Assembly (NCBI GenBank): GCA_001788095.1
Contig: MFZX01000009.1
Location: forward strand, 185 to 64,184
Source of the DNA: Candidatus Roizmanbacteria bacterium RIFCSPHIGHO2_12_FULL_37_23
Lineage (GTDB): Bacteria; Patescibacteriota; Microgenomatia; UBA1406; HO2-37-13b
DNA length: 64,000 nucleotides
Reading direction: 5' to 3'
The notes under the pieces were generated by a model. The model was given only the letters and a program-made list of their open reading frames with translations, was not told the DNA's origin and made no database searches. Of the stretch, positions 58,288 to 64,000 are shown one piece after another. A program made the translations under genes and the position numbers. How positions within the stretch are numbered: position 1 is the first letter of the stretch; each line of letters opens with the position of its first letter.

Positions 58288-60022
58288 TGTCTTGTTTAAG
58301 TTGTTTTATGAACTCGTAAATATTTTGAAGACCAAGATCTTTTCCATCCCGAGTTCGTACCGAGATAGAATCACCTTTCTCCGCTTCCTTGTGGCCTATT
58401 ATACACATGTAAGGAACCTTTTTCAATGTCCACTCACGGATTTTTGCAGGCAATGTTTTAGCTTCAGTATCAAGTTCGACACGAATATCAGCCTCATTAA
58501 ATAATTCGAACATTTTTCTGGCTACATCGTTTATTTTATCACTCACCGGTAACACGGCTACCTGGATCGGAGCAAGCCAAAGGGGAAAGTTACCCGCTGT
58601 ATGTTCAATATAAACTGCTAAAAAGCGCTCAAGCGATCCGACAAGTGCGTAATGGATCATAACTGGTATTTTTTCCACGCCGTCCTTATCAGTATATTTT
58701 AGGCTGAATCTGCTTGGTTGCACAAAATCGAGTTGAGCTGTTGCAATTTGCCATTCACGACCTAATGCATCAAGAATCATAAAGTCTATCTTTGGTCCGT
58801 AAAATGCAGCCTCACCTGGAGCTTCGTAATATTCTAGCTTGTTTTGTTGAGCTATTTTTTGTATGATTTCTTGTGCACTTTCCCAAAGCTTAGGATCACC
58901 AAGATATTTATCTGGTTCGTGGGGATCTCTGTATGAGAGACGTACCCTGAACTTCATATCTAAAGCTTGATAGAATTCTTTTGAGATCTCAATGAGCATT
59001 TGGAATATGTCAGAAATTTGCTCTGGAGTAGAAAAAATATGGCTATCATCTTGCGTTACCGATCGGACTCGGCTAAGGCCTAATAATTCCCCAGCCTTTT
59101 CATCTCTATAAATAGTCGTTGTTTCAAGGTATTTAATTGGAAGGTCTTTGTAGCTTCGTGGACGACTTGCATAAATTTGTTGGTGATGTGGGCAATTCAT
59201 TGGTTTCATAACGAGCTCATCATTGGTCTCCTGGCTTTTCACCAGAAAAAGCTCGTCGCCAAACTTATCCCAATGCCCTGATGTCTTATATAAGTCATTT
59301 TTCGTAATATGTGGTATCCAAACTTTCTGAAATCCTCTTTTCTGACGCAATCCTTGTGAGAACGCATTGAGCTCTTCTCGAAGCACTGTGCCCTTAGGGG
59401 TGAAGAGTGGAAGACCTCTGCCAACGAGATCCGAGAAATAAAAGAGATCGAGATCCCTACCAAGCTTTCTATGGTCTCTTTTCTTTGCTTCCTCAAGGAG
59501 TGTAAGATGTTTGTCGAGCTCATCCTTTGACTCAAATGCTGTTCCATAAATTCTTGTCAGCATTTTATTTTTCTCATTACCCTTCCAATACGCTCCGGCT
59601 ACAGATAAGAGTTTAAAATATTTCAATTCTTCTTTTGGTTTTTTGACATGACCACCTCGACACAGATCAATAAAACTTCCTGATGTTTGGAGTTTAACTT
59701 GCTCATCCCGAGCAAGAATATCATCGACGATCTCTCTTTTATATTGATTCCAATGGAAAACTTCTTTTGCTTTTTCAGGTGTAACAATTTCTTCATTCAT
59801 TGAATCCCATGATTCTAGGATTTTTTTCATTTTTTCTTCAATACGAGGTAAATCGTCCTCAGATATTACATGATCACCAAGATCAAAGTCTTGATAGAAA
59901 CCATCTTCTATGGCTGGTCCGATTGCGTTTTGTGCTCCCGGATAAAGATCAATAACGGCAGCAGCTACTAAATGAGCGCATGAATGTCGAAGATTGTTAA
60001 GATATTCTTTATCGTTGTTCAT
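58271..60022 (-). CDS. thrS: Threonine--tRNA ligase (lacks N-terminal TGS domain)
   Basis: RHSCAH, DLCRGGH, RDHRKLG, KPMNCPHH, AFYGPKID, GSLERF. Confidence 0.98.
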   Translation of the reverse strand: MNNDKEYLNNLRHSCAHLVAAAVIDLYPGAQNAIGPAIEDGFYQDFDLGDHVISEDDLPRIEEKMKKILESWDSMNEEIVTPEKAKEVFHWNQYKREIVDDILARDEQVKLQTSGSFIDLCRGGHVKKPKEELKYFKLLSVAGAYWKGNEKNKMLTRIYGTAFESKDELDKHLTLLEEAKKRDHRKLGRDLDLFYFSDLVGRGLPLFTPKGTVLREELNAFSQGLRQKRGFQKVWIPHITKNDLYKTSGHWDKFGDELFLVKSQETNDELVMKPMNCPHHQQIYASRPRSYKDLPIKYLETTTIYRDEKAGELLGLSRVRSVTQDDSHIFSTPEQISDIFQMLIEISKEFYQALDMKFRVRLSYRDPHEPDKYLGDPKLWESAQEIIQKIAQQNKLEYYEAPGEAAFYGPKIDFMILDALGREWQIATAQLDFVQPSRFSLKYTDKDGVEKIPVMIHYALVGSLERFLAVYIEHTAGNFPLWLAPIQVAVLPVSDKINDVARKMFELFNEADIRVELDTEAKTLPAKIREWTLKKVPYMCIIGHKEAEKGDSISVRTRDGKDLGLQNIYEFIKQLKQDIGKKI

Positions 60023-60039
60023 TATATCTTACTATTATA

Positions 60040-60065
60040 AACAAAAAACCCCGGCAAGCGGGGTT
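60040..60065 (-). terminator. Attenuator terminator (3:4) upstream of thrS
   Basis: Minus strand AACCCCG-CTTGC-CGGGGTT-TTTTGT. Confidence 0.88.
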
Positions 60066-60091
60066 ATATATTGCATATTACAACCACCGCC

Positions 60092-60139
60092 CTACGGACA
60101 GCTTGTGGTGGTAGTTGTAAAGCAATTACGCGTATTCAT
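60092..60139 (-). CDS. Thr-rich leader peptide MNTRNCFTTTTTSCP (possible in-frame upstream ATG at 60172)
   Basis: ATG AAT ACG CGT AAT TGC TTT ACA ACT ACC ACC ACA AGC TGT CCG TAG; five consecutive Thr codons directly upstream of the thrS terminator. Confidence 0.85.
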   Translation of the reverse strand: MNTRNCFTTTTTSCP

Positions 60140-60200
60140 TATTCCATTAGTCGGTATCAATAATAAAATCATGTTTATATATAGTCTTACATTATGTTTG

Positions 60201-60274
60201 TGGGCGAAGAGGGACTTGAACCCCCGACCTCTGCAATGTCAATGCAGCGCTCTGGCCAGCTGAGCTATTCGCCC
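60201..60274 (-). tRNA. tRNA-Val(GAC), CCA not encoded
   Basis: GGGCGAA...TTCGCCC-A; anticodon arm CTGCA-TTGACAT-TGCAG. Confidence 0.96.
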
Positions 60275-60331
60275 AATGCAATATGATTAGACTAGGGAAT
60301 ATTATAGCAAAGAGATGAGATAGACGAAAGA

Positions 60332-60892
60332 CTACATTACATTTCGTGCAGCTTGAAGTTCCTGAGACATGGAGTACTGTGTTCCTTTCTTTTTAGATCG
60401 GACAACAAATGCAGAGCCTCTTTTAGCTTTTTTTGATTGCATGGCCATAAGCCATGTTTTTGCTTCGCCAACCTTTACTTTAAGTCCTTGGAGAAACGAA
60501 AGAATTAATTCCAGATATCGAATATGATAGACTCCTGGCCTTTCAGGCAGGGATTGAAGAGTGATTTTTTCAATATTTTCTACCTCGGAAGTGAGACTGT
60601 CACTTCTACTTTTAATGTCTTTTACTTCAATTCTGATTTGCTCAATGAGTTGTTGCATCTCTTTGATTTTCTGATGTCGCTCTTTGGTTTCGTAGTGTTC
60701 GTGGAAAGTAAAAATCGTTTTAAACTCTGGATTAGCTTGTGCTTCCTTTTGACTGTGAGATCGATATTCCTGTTCGATGATACTTTTTTGCAAATCAAAG
60801 TCAAATATATCAGATGAAGGTGCTGACTGAACCTGAGATTCAATAGGATTTTTATATTTTAATCCCTTTTTTACATTCTGTTGGATACTCAT
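60332..60892 (-). CDS. Hypothetical coiled-coil protein (DUF5660-like)
   Basis: PGVYH..YLE, A.TWL....SKK.KRG, GTQY.MSQE pattern recalled as a CPR-typical family. Confidence 0.65.
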   Translation of the reverse strand: MSIQQNVKKGLKYKNPIESQVQSAPSSDIFDFDLQKSIIEQEYRSHSQKEAQANPEFKTIFTFHEHYETKERHQKIKEMQQLIEQIRIEVKDIKSRSDSLTSEVENIEKITLQSLPERPGVYHIRYLELILSFLQGLKVKVGEAKTWLMAMQSKKAKRGSAFVVRSKKKGTQYSMSQELQAARNVM

Positions 60893-60907
60893 TATATGCT
60901 AATTTTA

Positions 60908-61780
60908 CTATAAGCTAGCTAGATAATCAATAACCTTTTGTTTTCTCATTAAAGATGCATAAAGATACCTATTCTTTTCAGCTTGCTCTCTCGTTTGAAC
61001 ATCAGTTATAGATGAAATAAACGTATCGATTTCATTCTTCTCAACAGTAATTTTTTCCTTATCAGCAATCTCAGCAAGGATGAATTCAAGAGTATAAGTT
61101 TGAATAATCTCTTGTTGAATTTGTTCTTTGATTTGATCAGATGTTATTTTTTTTGATTGCAGATATGCATCCATAGTCATTCCGATTTTTTGTATATCAT
61201 CAACTAGTCGTGCTAGTTTTGCATTAACTTCTTGATCGATAATAAGTTGAGAAATTTCTAAGGTGGAATTCTTAATAATCTCTCCTAATATATCGTTAAC
61301 TATTTTTTCTTGTTTCTTACGTTTTTCAGCTTCGTCTTCCTTAGTTTGTGATTTTCCAGGTACCCAAATATCCTCTTTTTTTAGACCAGCTTTTATGGTT
61401 TGAGCAATTTTTTTATAGTCTGGAACTGCAACTATTGGACGTAGAGCGATAGTGATTTCAATAATCCAATCTTTTTCTTCTTTAGCTTGCTTAAGCTCTA
61501 TTTTAGGTGACATTGCTGGCTGTAGCTTCTCATTTTTTAGAATGTATTCGTATATTTGAGGTAAAAGATGATGAATGAGTCCATCATATATTTTTTCCTT
61601 CCCGATATGTTTTCGAGCAACATCTAAAGGTACTTTTCCTGTTCGAAATCCTTCTACTTTTACACTCTGCGCGAGTTCTTTGAATGACTCTTCGTATCGT
61701 TTTTGTATATCGTCTTTTGGTATGGTAACAACAAATTGAAGTGTACTCTTCTCAAGATCTTTTTTAGTGTAGTTAAACAT
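60908..61780 (-). CDS. tig: Trigger factor lacking the FKBP PPIase domain
   Basis: GFRTGKVP ribosome-binding loop, helical C-domain (IADKEKITV); 290 aa; follows tRNA-Leu. Confidence 0.9.
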   Translation of the reverse strand: MFNYTKKDLEKSTLQFVVTIPKDDIQKRYEESFKELAQSVKVEGFRTGKVPLDVARKHIGKEKIYDGLIHHLLPQIYEYILKNEKLQPAMSPKIELKQAKEEKDWIIEITIALRPIVAVPDYKKIAQTIKAGLKKEDIWVPGKSQTKEDEAEKRKKQEKIVNDILGEIIKNSTLEISQLIIDQEVNAKLARLVDDIQKIGMTMDAYLQSKKITSDQIKEQIQQEIIQTYTLEFILAEIADKEKITVEKNEIDTFISSITDVQTREQAEKNRYLYASLMRKQKVIDYLASL

Positions 61781-61806
61781 GATATTTCTTAATTAGTAAT
61801 TCAACG

Positions 61807-61887
61807 TGCCGGAGAGAGGATTTGAACCTCCACGCCTTACGGCACAGGATCCTAAATCCTGCGTGTCTGCCATTTCACCACTCCGGC
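61807..61887 (-). tRNA. tRNA-Leu(TAG), CCA not encoded
   Basis: GCCGGAG...CTCCGGC-A; anticodon arm CAGGA-TTTAGGA-TCCTG; variable arm GCCGTAAGGC. Confidence 0.96.
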
Positions 61888-61946
61888 AGAAATTTATACG
61901 ACCATTATATCATTGAGGAGTAGCAAATGGAGATGAAGATGAATTA

Positions 61947-62525
61947 TTACAACAGCTCATAATAGCGGTTAATTCTCTCTTCTTCTTCATCAAACGTGTT
62001 CATAATCCTGGCAACCTTTGGTGCCCAGGTTGTAGAACCACCAGCATATATGTGTCCTATCTCGTGCAATGAGGTTGCTCCTTTATCCATGTATCTAAAT
62101 TTAAGCGCATATCCTACTCGAGATATACCATCAGACCAGCTCGTGAACCTGATTGTTCCTTTACCGTATCCAAATGGATTAAATGTTCCTTGAATCATGT
62201 GTTGCGCAAATGTAGATTCAACTCCTGTAATAGAAGGGAGTAGATAGGGATCAAGTTTAAGTGCTCTCGCGACCATAGTAAAGTGTTCTGCTTCATGGAC
62301 AAGTGGAGAATTGTATTTCGCAAGGACATTTCTAATAACCATTGTATGAATAAGCTCTTTCTGTAATTTGTTTTGATCTTCCCTTGAAGATTGATAGAAT
62401 TGCTCAAGTTGAGCCGATTGTTCAGAAATTTCGCTTGCGTAAGCACGACTCTGAGTAAACAGAAAAATGGCCGTCAAAATTATTGTTTGAAATATTTTTT
62501 GTATCATAGTATTTGTTATATTCAT
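61947..62525 (-). CDS. Secreted lysozyme-like / glucosaminidase-type hydrolase
   Basis: Signal peptide; YNSPL, LLPSITGVESTF (candidate catalytic Glu), NPFGYG, F.SW.DGI, W...V. Confidence 0.7.
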   Translation of the reverse strand: MNITNTMIQKIFQTIILTAIFLFTQSRAYASEISEQSAQLEQFYQSSREDQNKLQKELIHTMVIRNVLAKYNSPLVHEAEHFTMVARALKLDPYLLPSITGVESTFAQHMIQGTFNPFGYGKGTIRFTSWSDGISRVGYALKFRYMDKGATSLHEIGHIYAGGSTTWAPKVARIMNTFDEEEERINRYYELL

Positions 62526-62530
62526 AACTG

Positions 62531-62582
62531 AAAAAGATCCTAGAGCCTCTCGATAAATAAATAACGAGAAACCCTAGGATCT
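62531..62582 (-). other. 18-bp hairpin plus U-tract starting at predicted +1 (terminator, sRNA or leader)
   Basis: AGAUCCUAGGGUUUCUCG-loop-CGAGAGGCUCUAGGAUCU-UUUU; three G:U pairs form only on the minus strand. Confidence 0.75.
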
Positions 62583-62588
62583 AGATAT

Positions 62589-62616
62589 ATTATATCATAA
62601 ACTATAGGCTTGTCAA
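62589..62616 (-). promoter_or_regulatory. Consensus sigma70 promoter
   Basis: TTGACA-N16-TATAAT with extended TG. Confidence 0.8.
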
Positions 62617-62643
62617 GTTTTGCATATAGAAGTAAAATGGAGA

Positions 62644-63264
62644 TTATGAGGACTCAATTTTACCAAAAAAATAACGAACAGCCCGAGCCCAACTATGAGA
62701 GCTTGGTGTATATTTTTTCATAATATCTTCAGTTGTTATGAGTCCATGATCGATATATTGAGCCTTAATACCCTCAGAAACCGTATGAATTGCGTCTTCA
62801 TATGATGCAAACCTTGTAACTGTATCGCCATAAATACCCCAACCCCAGCAATTGTGTGAGTTCTGAGGAATGAACCTGCAACCTGTTGATTCTTGTAATG
62901 CAATTGCTACAAGAAGTCTGTAGTCATATCCTTTGTCGTCAGCTTCTGCTACCAAAAGGTCAGTATGCTCAAATAAAGGAGAATTAATTTTACGCAGGTA
63001 TCTCTTGAGGTTAGCTGAGCGTCCATCAACAAGTTTGACCTCAGAATCGATTACTCCGGAAATAAACGGGCCTGTAGACTGTTGTGAACTGCCATCAGTA
63101 GCCTCAATTTTCTCAAGCTCACTCAATATTTTGGCTTGAGTTAGCCTCACATTATGAATCTGGTAATAGGAATATATAAGCGATATATTAAGTACTAAAA
63201 CTGCGAAGAAAGAAACAAGTAGAAATAGGTTATGTTTTGCTACACCATATAAAAAATGTCTCAT
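62644..63264 (-). CDS. Membrane-anchored lysozyme-like / glucosaminidase-type hydrolase (paralog)
   Basis: TM; INSPL, LLVAIALQEST, NCWGWG, F.SYEDAI, KKYTP, W...V; start set at 63264. Confidence 0.7.
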   Translation of the reverse strand: MRHFLYGVAKHNLFLLVSFFAVLVLNISLIYSYYQIHNVRLTQAKILSELEKIEATDGSSQQSTGPFISGVIDSEVKLVDGRSANLKRYLRKINSPLFEHTDLLVAEADDKGYDYRLLVAIALQESTGCRFIPQNSHNCWGWGIYGDTVTRFASYEDAIHTVSEGIKAQYIDHGLITTEDIMKKYTPSSHSWARAVRYFFGKIESS

Positions 63265-63265
63265 T

Positions 63266-63811
63266 TTACAAGCGATAATAATATGTATTAAATTGTTTCC
63301 CTTTAGCTTCTTTATACAACAATTTCTCAAAAGATTCAATCTTAAAGCCATGAGAAACAACAACTGTTCCTCGCTTACATTCTGCCATAATTTTTGGAGC
63401 TAATAGTTTAAGGAGTTTGGGAAGAAGAAACACATAAATGATATTTGCATGAGAAAGGTCAACTACTTGTACTTTTGAGTATATAAAATGTGCTTTGCTG
63501 TGATAAAGGCCTTTGTTTATTATTTGAGAAAATACATAGAGAAATGGATTGAATTCTACTCCATATGTTTGAGCATCATGTGTTTTTTTAATATAAAAGA
63601 CTATGCGACCGTCGCCAGATCCGAGATCGTAAAAGATATCTTTTGACCTAATATGTACCGGTTTGAATATGTGATCTAAAAGCTTTTTTTGTGTCCCTAC
63701 ATAGGGTACTGAAAAGATCGCTGACATAAACGATGTAAAGAGATATATCATAACCAAGATCAGATATATCAAAATTAATTGGAGCACTATGAGGTAAACA
63801 AGTTGAACCAC
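63266..63811 (-). CDS. Class I SAM-dependent methyltransferase with N-terminal TM
   Basis: VPYV.T, YDLGSGDGRIV, GVEFNP, IYVFLLP, VVSHGF. Confidence 0.88.
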   Translation of the reverse strand: MVQLVYLIVLQLILIYLILVMIYLFTSFMSAIFSVPYVGTQKKLLDHIFKPVHIRSKDIFYDLGSGDGRIVFYIKKTHDAQTYGVEFNPFLYVFSQIINKGLYHSKAHFIYSKVQVVDLSHANIIYVFLLPKLLKLLAPKIMAECKRGTVVVSHGFKIESFEKLLYKEAKGKQFNTYYYRL

Positions 63812-63932
63812 AAAAGTAGTATACCCTATCGAATCTGCTATACCCCTTTGCTTTCGAATTGTGGGGTATAATACCTAACGGAGCCCCGAGTAAATCGGGG
63901 CGGAGTGGTATATAATTATCCTATTGGAGTAA

Positions 63933-64000
63933 GCCTCCGTAGCTTAATGGATAGAGCAGCGGTCTTCGGAACCGCTGATGGGGGTTCGATTCCCTCCGGA
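63933..64000 (+). tRNA. tRNA-Arg(TCG), truncated by window end
   Basis: GCCTCCGTAGCTTAATGGATAGAGC; anticodon arm GCGGT-CTTCGGA-ACCGC; GGTTCGATTCC. Confidence 0.93.

Noticed and set aside
60023..60200. T-box riboswitch upstream of thrS
   Set aside because: No T-box consensus (AAnnnGGGTGGnACC) or stem I, and the region is too short; the leader-peptide model fits better.
59994..60263. 89-aa + strand ORF with a poly-Val run
   Set aside because: The Val run is the antisense image of the Thr codons of the leader peptide; the ORF also overlaps tRNA-Val.
63883..63901. GC hairpin GCCCCGA-GTAAA-TCGGGGC upstream of tRNA-Arg
   Set aside because: Single copy in the window with no U-tract; cannot tell a REP-like element from a chance leader hairpin.

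Overview
AT-rich, gene-dense bacterial chromosomal window. It is most consistent with Patescibacteria/CPR, probably Microgenomates-like. This is an inference from the solitary divergent 16S gene, shortened housekeeping proteins, type IV pili without a secretin, a class F sortase and many GT-C membrane proteins. Contents: translation, replication and repair genes (rnj, recR, dnaX, rpsB-tsf-frr, proS, rnc, nusB, recG, thrS-infC-rpmI-rplT-pheS-pheT, tig), a thymidylate/folate block, one unlinked 16S rRNA gene with a flanking processing stem, six tRNAs, a type IV pilus cluster next to four membrane glycosylation genes, and two lysozyme-like hydrolases. No integrase, IS, prophage or CRISPR array was seen. 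The strongest unannotated signal is a complete ribosome-dependent attenuator upstream of thrS: leader peptide MNTRNCFTTTTTSCP plus mutually exclusive 1:2, 2:3 and 3:4 helices. Other signals: an SD-sequestering rpsB leader pseudoknot, a promoter-proximal hairpin RNA, heptamer repeat arrays sharing a 16-bp junction, pervasive -10-N6-ATG leaderless starts, and several enzymes with altered catalytic motifs. All product calls come from motif recognition by eye; no database searches were run.
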